Part shown: positions 11,881-24,449 of the stretch, one piece after another
Numbering within the stretch: the stretch's first letter is position 1
Layout of the letters: every line of letters begins with the position of its first letter
DNA from: Sarea resinae
Lineage: Eukaryota
Length of the DNA: 27,704 nt
Reading direction: 5' to 3'
Assembly (NCBI GenBank): GCA_026026165.1
Contig: JAPEUD010000062.1
Coordinates: forward strand, 124,001-151,704
Translations under genes and position numbers: made by a program
The notes under the pieces: model-generated
Told to the model about the DNA's origin: nothing
Seen by the model: only the letters and a program-made list of their open reading frames with translations
The model's database searches: none

Positions 11881-12102
11881 GATAGAAGAGCAGCTTAAAG
11901 TCGGCGACCCGAAACCTTCACCAAAAAGGTGGGGTGCCCATGACTAACGCTCACAACCTTCGTACATTCCTGAGTTTGTTGCTGTTGCGACCAACAATCC
12001 CATACTTTGAATTTGACTATTTGCCTTGCTCGTCTCGCATGTACCAACAAAAGCCGCATGGTCCATGACTAATGTCCATTTACGGAACCACCGAGGATTC
12101 AT

Positions 12103-13933
12103 ATGGGTGCCAATCAGTCAGCGAACGATGACACTGGCAATGGGAGCTGCAACACCCAGAAAGAGATGAAGACTTGCTATTACGATGTTCTCGGCATCGA
12201 GCGGCAGGCTACCGAAGATGAGTGAGTACAGCATCGAGGTGTCGCTTGGCCGCTCATCTTCCCTCATGTTAACTTGTTCGTATAGAATCAAGAAAGCCTA
12301 TCGGAAGAAAGCTCTCGAGCTCCACCCGGACCGAAACTACGGCAGAGTCGAGGAAACTACCAAGCTTTTCGCCGAAGTCCAGGCTGCATATGAGATCCTC
12401 TCTGATACGCATGAAAGGGCCTGGTACGACTCTCATCGAGACGCTATCCTCCGAGATGACGACGAGGGCGCGGGGGACCACTACGAAAACAACACCCGAG
12501 TCACCACAGCAGATGATATTATGAAATTGTTTAGCCGATTCAATGGGCGCATGGACTACTCAGATTCTCCGAATGGATTTTATGGAGCCCTTCGAGAGAC
12601 GTTCGAAGGCCTGGCGCGAGAGGAAGATTCGGCTTGCGACTGGGAGGGGCTGGAAACTGTTGATTACCCATCTTTTGGAGGAACAGATGATCCTTATGAA
12701 GACGAAGTGAAGAATTTCTATGCCGCTTGGAATGGATTCTCTACACGAAAGACGTTCTCCTGGAAGGACAAATATCGCTACGCTGATGCCCCGGACCGGC
12801 GCGTACGGCGTGCTATGGAGAAGGAGAATAAACGATCTAGAGAAGAGGGCATCAGGGAGTTCAACGATGCTGTGAGATCTCTCGTGGCCTTTGTGCGCAA
12901 AAGAGATCCGAGATATACGCCGAACACTCAAACTGAAGCGGAGCGTCAGAAGATCCTCAGAGATGCTGCCGCCGCGCAAGCAGCTCGATCGCGTGCCGCA
13001 AATCAGGTGAAGCTTGATGGGCATGTTCTGCCTGAGTGGACTCAAATCAGAGAGCCTGTTGAAGAGGACAGCGAAGAGGAAGAAATCGAAGAAGAAATCT
13101 TCGAGTGTGTTGTGTGTGGGAAGATGTTCAAGAGTGAAAAGCAGTTCGAGGCTCACGAGCGGAGCAAGAAGCACATGAAGATAGTCCAACAGTTGCGGAG
13201 AAAGATGGAGAAAGAAGACAAGGCGCTCAATGCTAGTCTGGGCGAGAAAAGTGATAAGCCTTCACCGTCTCCCGCTGATGTGAGCGATGGAGATATGGTT
13301 GAGGAGATAGATGAAGGCGCAGACTTAATCTCTCCACTCAATGACGAAGATGACCATCTTGAGGGGCTTTCGGGGCAGAGCGAACGAGATGATGGGGCTC
13401 GTGAGTCACGATCCAAAGAAGCAATCGAATCAAAGGCCCGTATTTCTGGTGAAGTTTCATTGTCAGGCTCGGAAGAGATCGACGACGATTATGCTCCCAG
13501 AACTGAAGTCGAAAATCGAATAACAGGTGACGAAATTACCAACTGTTCTAGCGGCCTCCCCGATGAGAAAGCTATTCCGGCCACCTCAGAGTCTTTCGAG
13601 AATGATACTACGCCCGCAACATCAGACGCGGATAAGTCGGCACCAAAGCAAAAAATCGGAAAAGCGAAAGAGAAAAGACTAAAACGAGCAGCCGCCCAGC
13701 ATAAGAAAGGGGGGCAGAGTGGAGAGGGAGGCGAAGTAAGTGCTGCTTTCTGTTATACCAATCCGGTAGGTTGAGGTACCACTGTAATGCTGACAGTTTG
13801 GCGAAAGTTCCAGTGTGCAGCCTGCAAAACCGGCTTTCCTTCCAAAACGAAACTCTTTGCTCATGTCAAGGAGCTCAACCATGCGCAGCCTGTACCTAGT
13901 CAGCAAAGAAAGGCTACAAGATCGAAAAGGTAG
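12103..13933 (+). CDS. JJJ1: DnaJ-domain protein with zuotin-homology region and two C2H2 zinc fingers (JJJ1/DNAJC21 family, 60S maturation); exons 12103-12221, 12286-13735, 13808-13933
   Basis: J-domain [35 protein letters not shown] (HPD motif) and ERAWYDSHR; FYAAWNGFSTRKTFSWKD, RRAMEKEN and LVAFVRKRDPR; zinc fingers CVVCGKMFKSEKQFEAHERSKKH and CAACKTGFPSKTKLFAHVKELNH. Confidence 0.92.
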
Positions 13934-14454
13934 CGTGTTGATGGCTTATCGACGCGCGCGCGTCCCTGACCAGCGATAAGGTGCTACCGCTGCGAATTTC
14001 CTTGACTCATGATATGCATAGCGACGGCGTCTTGAAAGATAAAATGGCGAGCAGGTAATGGAAAGCCTGCCATACGCTTATCATTCACACATTTTCATAC
14101 ATATATTCTCGAGTCAGAAGATGTAATTAAATAGCGACCAATTAATGGCCTATGATGATAGCGATACTTCCACTTTCTAACTACTTAGGTATTCGATCAT
14201 TTATTTTTATGACGAGAGTGCAAGTCATATGTACAGTGGAATAGGAAATCCCGAGCCCAATGATTATCGCTTTGTCCCAATCTGTTGATCGAATGCTTTT
14301 CCGAACTTCTCAGGCCACCTTGGTAGCTCAGCGGCAAATCAGTGGATGCCGGTGAATACCGCAGTTATACGGTTACGCATTCAGTAACGCCACTCAAGAT
14401 GCTAACCGCCAGTATATGCTCGTATGAAAGACGCAAAGAGAGCAAAGCAATGCA

Positions 14455-17206
14455 TCACCCCAAGCCAGCCTTAGTGGTTTTAACAACATGAGCTACCGGT
14501 TGCAGAATACCCTTATTGTTTAGAGCACCCAGAGCGGTGCCACTACTCCAACCCATCTTCTCCAACATCGCCCTGCCTTTGTTCTCAACGCCGAGCTCAG
14601 GAGCCGCCGCACCGACAACGTCTCCATCTCTATAACTCACAGCCGCGCTCGCGAAACCTCCTCCAGTGCGTCTTGGCGCCTTGACCCCCTTTGCTTTTGA
14701 GCCACGCTTATCCATCCGTGACAAGAATCGCCTCTGATCCAATCTAGACTCGACGTAATCGAGAGCCTCCTCATCGAAAAAGCTCGTGCTAGAGGTTTTG
14801 TATAAGACTGGGAAACGAGACCGACCTCCACCAACAGACTTAGATTTAAGCCCAATGGAATTTGCCATGTTGTGAACAATTTTGCGATCCCGCTTATCCA
14901 TAGGCGGGAGCGAAAGACTATTCGTGTAAGTTCAACAGGTTCTGGGCTACATATGTGGCAATAGACATACCTCTCATGACGCGAGATTAAAAACTCTTTA
15001 ATCTCGTCTTTGACCTCGTCTAGAGTCATGCCTTCCTTATACTTGGTTTTCAAATCTGCTTTGTTCTTGTTCTTGTTCTTCCTCCCAAGCAGGCCTTGAG
15101 CGCGTAGCTCCTCCCGTTCTTCTTTTCTAGCCTTTTTCTTGTTTCGATCGTTTGTCCAAGCCACTCGAAGTGAAGCTTCAATTTCCGAATCGGATAATTC
15201 GAACGGTAGCGGTCCTCGCCGACCCTTGGCTTTCTTTCTCAGGCTTGGACGCTCATGGTCCATCACGTCAAAGCCATTGTAGGCGTCTTGGGTAAGAACA
15301 TCGGCCATAAGGGTGGCAGACGGATATCCTCCCCCGGACTGCTTCGAACGACGTCCTCGTAAACGATTGGTACGTGCATCCGCACTTACGCTCCGGAATC
15401 CCCTATGGCTGCCGGTTTTTATATCTTGTATTTCCCTTCTAAGATATTCCTCTTCTTCCTCTCCTTCTTCTTCGTCATCATCTAACAGAAGCAGGTCTTC
15501 GGATCCCAGGCCTAACTCTTCCTGCTTAGAAAGGAGTCGCGCAATTCGCTCGTCCGACATTCTCTCTAGCTTCCGCTCTACAAGATCTTGTTCATCATCC
15601 CAATTATCATCCTCGTCTTCGTCTTCCCCATCATCTTCAAATTCTTCATCTTGGCCCTCGTCACCGGACCTCTCCTCTGAGCTATCACTATCGTGCATGT
15701 GATATTCTTTGACGAGCTTCTCTTCCTCTTCAAAATCGTGTAATTTTTGCAGGGCATCATCTATCGTCAGGCAAGAAGCAGGTATCCACCTGGCATCATC
15801 AACTGTGTAGCCTTGATATACGACCAGATATTGGATGCTGTTAGCTCTTTCACGCCTTGATAGGATGTGCTCGACTGCTCCGTCAACTTCCTCGGAGGTA
15901 CTGAGGTCATCAAAATCATGAAGCTCAGATGGGCCCCATCCAGACTTCTTCTGGACCTCCACAGGCGCCTTTGCTTCCGATGCTGAGCCTTCAGTGATAT
16001 CTTGCCATCCGTCGGTATCTGTGCCACCCAGCTCACGGCGATTGTGCACTCTCTCCCGGACCAAGTCGTTGACCTCACCACTTTCCCGGATGTTTGAGAG
16101 GTAGTCAGCAAGGATAGCATCTTCTTCCATTCTCTTGAATTTCCCTTTCTCTAGGGCGTGGGAGGCCTTTGTATTTGATCCAGAGAACGGAGTATATCTG
16201 CTAGGCGACTTTGACGTCGGAGTGGCAGCTGTACCAAACATGGCCAATTTTCTTGATGAAGTCCGCTCATTCAAAGGTCGGAGCTTCCTCATTAGCCATG
16301 TTGTTGGATCATAGCCTAATGAGATGGTCCGTTCTTCGGAGTCGACGGATCGACCACGCTGGCGGTCGACTGAGAAGTGCATCTTTTGTTGGTCGTCGTT
16401 GCCTTTTTGCTTCGTAGAAGAGTCAATAATCTGTGATGGACGCGATCGGATCTCTGATGCCAATACGTCCACTTTCGGATTTCTGCCTCTGAACAGTAAT
16501 AGTTCTTCGCTAGAGTCAGATTGACTGTCCGAATGTGATCGAATCACCGGCGGTGGCAAGCCTGTTGATATTGGAACCTGAGAGCCAACGGTGTCCACGA
16601 CAAATGGTTCGCCATCTCCTTGCTGAAGGTCAATAGAGCGATTCACGTCCAGCTCGTTCTGCTCCAAGGAAGACGCTAAGGGGGCATGTTGCAGACTAGT
16701 TATTGTGTCTGTCTCTAGCTTGACTGGAGCAGAGCTATTCAGGTTCATATCAGCGAAGGCGCTCTCAGGATGAACCGGTGATGCAATTATTGGTTCAGAT
16801 GTTCCGTCGACGCCAGTCAGCGTGGGTCCTCCATTGTCCCCGCTTGGCTCCGTCAGCTGCTTGGTGTCAAAGTCGCCTGCACTGATGAAATTGACTTTGT
16901 TATGCCTCAAATTCAGATCGGAGCTCCAGAATGAGTGGTGACGTTCTGTATTGCGTGCTTCTTCGCGAAGTGAGAAGTGCTGTCGTTCGAATTCTGAAAA
17001 GCGACGTCAGCCCCAACTAGTACAATCCGTCTGCGATATTGCGTACTTGTCCTTGAGTTGGTAGGATGAGAATTGTCGCTCTTTCCAGCGATGTCGTGAG
17101 GTGGCACGAAAGAGGAATGAGTGCTCCCTCTGCTGCTACTAGCACCGACACCGGTCGATCCGCGCTTGGGCGCCCTACGAGGGGCACCCTTCTTGCCTTT
17201 TGCCAT
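14455..17206 (-). CDS. SQS1: R3H and G-patch domain protein (SQS1/Pfa1-like) with internal chromodomain-like segment; exons 17206-17047, 16993-14971, 14917-14455
   Basis: R3H region LSLPPMDKRDRKIVHNMANSIGLKSKSVGGG and C-terminal G-patch ENKGRAMLEKMGWSSGTALGALNNKGILQPV...KAGLG. GT-AG introns at 17046-16994 and 14970-14918 restore the frame. Confidence 0.85.
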
Positions 17207-18082
17207 ACCCTATAATCGCTGGAAGGCAGATGGATAGAAATAAAGTTGTATCTGGTATGAGTTCCAGGAGCCTGTGGAGATGTCGACCAGCACGGGAGAT
17301 CTGATTGATACTCTACAGTGAAGTACTGTCTGGAAGTGAATGAGGTAATACTTGCAGTAGGTACCTTACAGTTACTTCGTTATTTTACATCAATTCAATA
17401 CATGCTGGAGGTACTACGGTAGTAGGCCATGCGAGATTACACAATAGTACGTGCACTACGTAGTTCCACGTACCTTAGTAAAGAGGCACTGGGCGGTTCC
17501 CGGTCCACCACTGCCTGCGGGGAGTAAGGTATCTAGTGACGTTGTGGGTGATATCAGCTGGAGGTAGAGTCTGGCTAGACGAAAGTATACGAAAGTATAC
17601 TATGCCTGAGATACTGCACTTTGAAGCGTGCCGATCCAGTTCATGTACTTTCCTATCGCAAGCATCTACCAGATACTAACAGCAATACTGGCAGACCTGT
17701 CTGGCTTGCAAGTTGTCACGTCCATCGCTCCCCCCGTCGCCTGCTTCAAGAACCTGACCTCCGTCGCCCAGTCTCCATTCCCATTCGATACTCTTGGTCT
17801 TGGGAGGGGTATTCATGCTTCGCAAGTGATGAACGTGTGTATTGGCCATCTACTTCAGTCTTACCTGCCCTCCAAATGCAAATGCGAATGCGGATGCGTG
17901 TAAGCCCGCTAGATTAACGGCATCCTTCCAACGTCGGCAGGGAAGCTGAGGCGCGCGTGCCACTCACACTTCTCTCCCCTCGCCAACCGGCATCACCGCA
18001 TCCCCTTAAGGTCCGTTCTGGCTCTACCAGTCCGATCTGTCTAATTTGCTTCCTCTAACACTATCAGCATCCAGCCTTGAAC

Positions 18083-19583
18083 ATGGCTAACGTAGACTTT
18101 GGACGCTACAAACGCATAGTGCAGTATTTCTGGGATCCCGAGCCTAGAAATGACGATGCCTCCAAGTTACCTATCTGGTGTTTAGGCCGAGCATATATCG
18201 CCGCAGAAAATCAGAGTGCGCCAAACGGAAAAGCGCCTTCGATACCATTGCCGGATGACGCTTCTCCCCCCGGTCTACCCAGCTCGCACATATCTGTTGC
18301 TACTCCGACGCCGGAAGATAGTGCAAGTAGTAGTGTTGACGATGGCCTCGCCTACATCGAATCTGTGGGAGGCGCTGAAGAAGATCGTGGATGGCCATCG
18401 TCATTTCTTGACGACTTCGAATCCAAAATTTGGTTCACATATCGCTCCAACTTCCCTCCAATTACCAAATCAGAGGACGCAAGAGCTGCCTCGGCCATGA
18501 CATTATCTGTGAGGCTGAGGAGTCATCTCCTTGACCAAGGAGGGTTTACTTCAGACACCGGCTGGGGCTGCATGATAAGGTCGGGACAGAGCTTGCTCGC
18601 GAATGCGCTGGTCTTGTTGCAGCTCGGAAGGGGTGAGACCGCCATCATCCTCTTAGACGCCGTATGAGCTAATTTGGACAAGACTGGAAGAGAGGTACCC
18701 TCGAGGGAGAAGAAAGACAACTGCTTTCACTGTTTGCTGATGATCCCCGCGCGCCATTCTCCATTCATCGTTTTGTTGAACATGGTGCGTTAGCTTGTGG
18801 GAAGCACCCAGGAGAATGGTTTGGCCCTTCAGCGACAGCGAGATGTATACAGTAAGCGATGTGACCCGGGTTCGAGTGTTCCAACCGCTAACTGGAGTTG
18901 AGGGCTCTCACAAACTCTAACGCACAGGATACGGCAGGTCTGCGTGTTTATATAACTGGCGATGGTTCAGATGTTTACGAGGATAGCGTGATGAATGTTG
19001 CCAAAGCAGAAGATGGGTCATTTCGGCCAACGCTTTTACTTGTGGGTATACGATTGGGTATAGATCGGGTTACGCCGGTTTATTGGGAGGCTCTGAAAGC
19101 TTCTCTACAGATGCCACAGTCAGTGGGAATTGCAGGGTAAGTCGTACTCCCCAGGGCATCCTGCTCATGTACGTGGTACTTATTCTATGATATAGTGGAC
19201 GACCGTCTTCCTCGCATTACTTTGTCGGTGTTCAAGGCTCCTACTTTTTCTACTTGGACCCTCATCAGACTCAGCCTGCACTTCCTTTGCGCGAGAATCT
19301 AAGTGATTATACCACTGAAGAAGTGAACTCATATCACACCAGACGACTACGGCGAATACATATCCGCGAAATGGACCCAAGTATGCTGATCGCATTCCTG
19401 ATCCGTGATGAAGAAGATTGGAAAGCTTGGAGGCGGAGTCTAACAGAGGATCACGGCAAGGCTGTTATAAACGTTGGAGACAGGCAACCCACATTACATA
19501 CACAAGGCTATGAGCGGGCTGACGCAGTCAACGAGGTAGAGACTTTTGACGATGAAACCGAAGAAGCAGAAGCTGTGATTTAA
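18083..19583 (+). CDS. ATG4: Autophagy cysteine protease ATG4 (peptidase C54); exons 18083-18632, 18683-18851, 18903-19136, 19196-19583
   Basis: Motifs [31 protein letters not shown] (catalytic C), [38 protein letters not shown] (catalytic D/H), [10 protein letters not shown]. Confidence 0.96.
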
Positions 19584-20182
19584 ATGACGGAATGTGTACG
19601 CCGGCTGGTCATTCTCTTGGCGTTTGGGCTAGCGAATCTCCTTACAGGCAGGCGCAATCCAGTCATGGTCCACAGCGCCGGCTGCAATTGGTAGCAAATA
19701 TCGAGCTGTCCCGCTTGTTCCGATTTGAGACCGCCAAACAGCCCGTGAAATTGATATTCACCGTAGTCTACTAATCCATCAGCGCCTCGCAATCTAGCAC
19801 CATCACATCACATATGCGATAGGCTCTTGAAATGTGTTTTGGGCACCATTTGATTTTTTATTACGAGCATATCGCGACGCCCGTTCCGATCTCAAGGGCA
19901 ATGCGCACCTTCGACTAATAAGGAATCAATTGGAATCATTATTGGAGCGATTGTGAAGAGAATTGATTCCTTTCCAGAAGAACCGTATAATACAGCCACG
20001 TTACCCCCTTGAAAAACAGACCGTGATGACATTTGTCCCCATAAAACGAGGCCATCCCATGACACATAAAAAATGAAACCGCGAACACCCTATAAACCCG
20101 CCAGCGCACTAGCTACCAGGAACCAAATCGAAACCATACCGATGGCTAGAGGCTGAAGGTCTCAACTGACGAAAAGAGAAAC

Positions 20183-20844
<662 letters not shown>

Positions 20845-21558
20845 TTTTGAAGATTATGTTGACTTTGATGGAAAGATGAGTTTTTCGAGCAGACGAAAGA
20901 ATCGTAAAGAATTAGATTAAATGGACGGACTGTCACGGATGAGAATCGTTCGTGGGTGAGCGTCGAGTGATGAGAGATGAAGGAGGGAAGAAGAGGAACG
21001 TCGGCGATGGCGAGGCGCGGTGGTACTTATAGGTCCGCGAATCGCGTGCGTGATCTTATTGGGATGGGCTGGGTGGGGGGAGTTTGGAAGTGAAGGAACG
21101 AAGAACACTTGAGCAAGGGTAAAGAGAGGGACTAAGATATGTAAGTACCAAATGTATTACAGCAGGGGGGGGCTTGTACTTCACTTCTCCAGCATTCATG
21201 TGTATCTCTCGCTTAGATTACCAGCACGTACGCGACCAGCCCAGTCTAAACTGTTTTCGGACATGTCGCCCACGACAACACGCTGGTCATATCGCGAGCT
21301 CCAAACATCCCGTTCCCTGATTGGTCGTTCAAATCAAGCGAGAGGTTGATCTGAGCGGCACCTTTCGACGACCGCGCAGCCTTTATAATCCGACCCATCC
21401 TCTCGCCATCTGCTATCGCTTCTTCTACTTCCCTTCTTTCATCTCTCAACCGCTGCTGAACTTTACATCCATCGTCTCAATCATTACGATCATCGCCTTC
21501 ATTCGACAAGCTCACTTTCGACCTTTCAAGCCTTCTAAAACACTCAGATTCATTCAAT
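20845..21558. promoter_or_regulatory. Bidirectional H2B/H2A promoter
   Basis: Lies between divergent histone genes. TATA-like sites near 21026-21031 (-) and 21383-21388 (+), ATTGG/CCAAT boxes near 21058 and 21320, and several CGCG cores. Confidence 0.8.
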
Positions 21559-22209
21559 ATGTCTGGAGGCGGCAAATCTGGAGGCAAGGCTAGCGGTAGC
21601 AAGAACACGCAATCGTAAGTCTGATCTTTGCGCCCATTTCTGGCCATCTTTTAGGACGCGTCTTGTTTGATACTTTTCGCGTCGGAAAACATGCACCTCA
21701 AATGAGTTCCATACGTTTGATAGCTTCATCTAACTCGTATATCTTCGCAGTCGTTCTTCGAAGGCTGGTCTGGCTTTCCCCGTTGGTCGTGTTCACCGTC
21801 TCTTGAGGAAAGGCAACTACGCTCAGCGTGTTGGCGCTGGTAAGCCGCTTTGCGTTGGTACTCGTGCTCGTTTCTTTACTCACTGCTCTCGACCAGGTGC
21901 TCCCGTCTACCTTGCAGCTGTGCTTGAATACCTTGCCGCTGAAATCCTTGAATTGGCTGGCAATGCCGCTCGCGACAACAAAAAGACGCGTATCATTCCT
22001 CGCCATCTTCAACTGGCCATCCGCAACGATGAGGAGTTGAACAAGCTCTTGGGTCATGTCACTATTGCTCAGGGTGGTGTGCTCCCAAATATTCATCAAA
22101 GTAAGTTCAGATATCCACGAGTCAGATGCTTTGAAGTACTAACAGATGTGTAGACCTGCTCCCCAAGAAGACCAACAAGGCGGGCAAGAACGCGAGCCAG
22201 GAGCTATAA
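21559..22209 (+). CDS. HTA1: Histone H2A with C-terminal SQEL (gamma-H2A) motif; exons 21559-21614, 21751-21839, 21897-22100, 22154-22209
   Basis: Spliced protein reads [134 protein letters not shown]. Confidence 0.98.
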
Positions 22210-24193
22210 GTGGTGTCTTTTTTTTCGGTCTGGGTTTACGGGGTGCTTTGCTTTTGAAACGATAATGGGGTCACGGATGGGAACCGGTCTTACGGCTGTT
22301 TTTCTGCGTTAAGGGTTGTACATTATTCTGATAGCAACTAGAACGTTGCTAATATCAAATCCTTTTATTCAAACTGTCTGATTCATTTGGAACATGGGAT
22401 TTGGTTTGAGGTTACGAATTCCTTAGATGATCTCGCTCTTGAACTCCGCTCTCTTACGGGGCCCTTTGACGCTGATAGGCTTAGTTTGATACATAAGATC
22501 GGCGTGATTGAAGTTGCGATAGGTAACGCAATAGATTAGCAGCCCTTACCGTTAAAGATGACATAGTCCATGCTCATAGGATTTCATGTGTTCTCATCGG
22601 CCTCTTAAGTCAACGAGGAGATTTGATGCAGATGACCATAACGGGTTCATTTGCAAAGATTTATGAGTGATATGCGCGTGACAAGATGTGTAAATACAAT
22701 ATGATAGGTTTTGAAAGCTCTCATTTATAGGAGACTCGACATGGGTTCAAGCGTAACGCCACACTGGGAGCCTATAACGTCATGTGCGGTGGAGCTTCCG
22801 AAAGGTCAGCACAACGAAAGCCAATCTGCAATGAATGGCACGTACGATCTAGAATTGGAGCCGGGACATTCCTCTCAAATTTGGAGCCTACTGTTCGTCA
22901 GAATTTCTAATCTTGTGCAGATTGACAGATACCTACCGCCCGGAGCAGTCGGCGCACGGTATGGGTCAGGGTGCTTCCATTTCTCGAGAAGATCTTCTGC
23001 TTCCTGAAAGAGTGCCTAGCCAATAGTCAGGAAGTGGCATCTGTTGGGGATGACGGTCATTCATTCATACCCTCTGTCGTCTTGGATCGCGTACGTCTTT
23101 GTTGGCTTCGAATAGGGACCTGATGTATAGGGCTTGGCCACGCCAGACATATCGATGGACCGACCAGTCGAGTGAAAGCTTCAAAGATCGTCGGTAGAGC
23201 GAGCTTGAGTCGCTATTATCAGCCGCAATTTCACTTCAAGGAGATGTGGGGAGAAAGGCTTACCACACCGCTTGTCTGCTTGCCATAGTGGCGGGATCGG
23301 AAGTGGGCAGGTCAATTGGAGCTCCTTGGACGGTGGAAGTAATGTGCTCGTGGAACTGAAGTCGGGGTGACGAGCTGAATCGATTACTGGAGCGCGCGTG
23401 GGGATTGGCCTTGGTGATGGGGTGTAGTCAAGCCAAGAAGTCCAGGAAATACCATCAGCAGCGGAGTAGATAGGTACGTACAGATGGAAAGTGTTCGTAC
23501 TTCTGTACTGCGGTACCTACCTAGGTACCTACCTTCCCCATCAGATACCGCAGTAGAGGATCAAGAACGGAAGTTACCTAGGGTAGTAAGGTGGGAAGTA
23601 CAAAGTCTGGTGTACTTGAATAATAAGGTAACGTGGAAGTATTCGTACTACTTCTCACAATCGTACATAAGGTACGTCGCCCATGATCTGCATTTTGGTC
23701 TACCATGGTCCTCCAGCTCTCCGGCGAAAATACGGAGTACGGAGTCCGTCTACGCTCCTCCGTTTGCGCTCCGCCGCCCGATCTCCTCCCTGCACGGGAA
23801 GTACTTGTAGATTACGAGGTACGGAGTACCTGCCCGCTGACCTTTCACCCCCCGCTGACTCGGTATCGGGGACACAGATGAGACGAGACCCGTCAACGGG
23901 GATTTGACGGGATACACCTCAAAACAATAATAAGTCAGTCATTCGGGTTCGTTCGGTTGCTTGGAACTTCGACGGACACCTAGCGTACCCGTACGTGTGT
24001 CTTCCGTACCTTAGGTCCCCATCCTGAAGGAACGACGACAGAGAGGTACGAGTTCAGTCGCCCAAGTTCCCCAAAGTTACTCCGTACAGTACTGTAATTG
24101 TTGCAAATCCCATGGTACCTGCCCGCCTACTTACTTTACCTTCCTTACCTTGCAGTTTTGGATTCCTTGGTCTATCTCCCTCCGGTACCTGCT

Positions 24194-24230
24194 CTACCTA
24201 CCCTACCTGACCTACCTGACCTACCTACCT
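24194..24230 (+). repeat. Degenerate (ACCT/CCTA)n simple repeat upstream of KGD2
   Basis: Directly visible as ctacctaccctacctgacctacctgacctacctacct. Confidence 0.7.
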
Positions 24231-24449
24231 GTTCTGAACCTTCTTCCCTACCGACCTTTTTCCTCACATCTTCAACCTCACGACATCTATAGATCGTGCG
24301 TGCGAGATTATCGCCATTTTGTTCTCCTTGTCCCTTTGGCTGTCAACTCTGAAGGTGCAGTTGGTGGACCCCAATTCTCTTCTATTGGCGCCGATATCTT
24401 AGTCGTGTTTGTTTGCGCAAATCTCAAGCTGCTTCGCCGAGGATTCAAT

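Noticed and set aside
12185..12285. ORF-track N-terminus MFSASSGR... for the J-protein
   Set aside because: It reads through intron 1. The real J-domain start is in another frame, from the ATG at 12103.
12560..13189. 209-aa minus-strand ORF
   Set aside because: Antisense to the JJJ1 coding exon.
14637..14970. C-terminal tail of the 757-aa ORF
   Set aside because: Intron read-through. Splicing at 14970-14918 joins the R3H/G-patch exon instead.
12103..17206. JJJ1 and SQS1 as a ribosome-biogenesis gene cluster
   Set aside because: They are convergent with no shared promoter, so adjacency of two housekeeping genes is weak evidence.
22711..23907. Short ORFs between H2A and KGD2
   Set aside because: No homology-like motifs, and they are largely translations of low-complexity TACCT-rich DNA.
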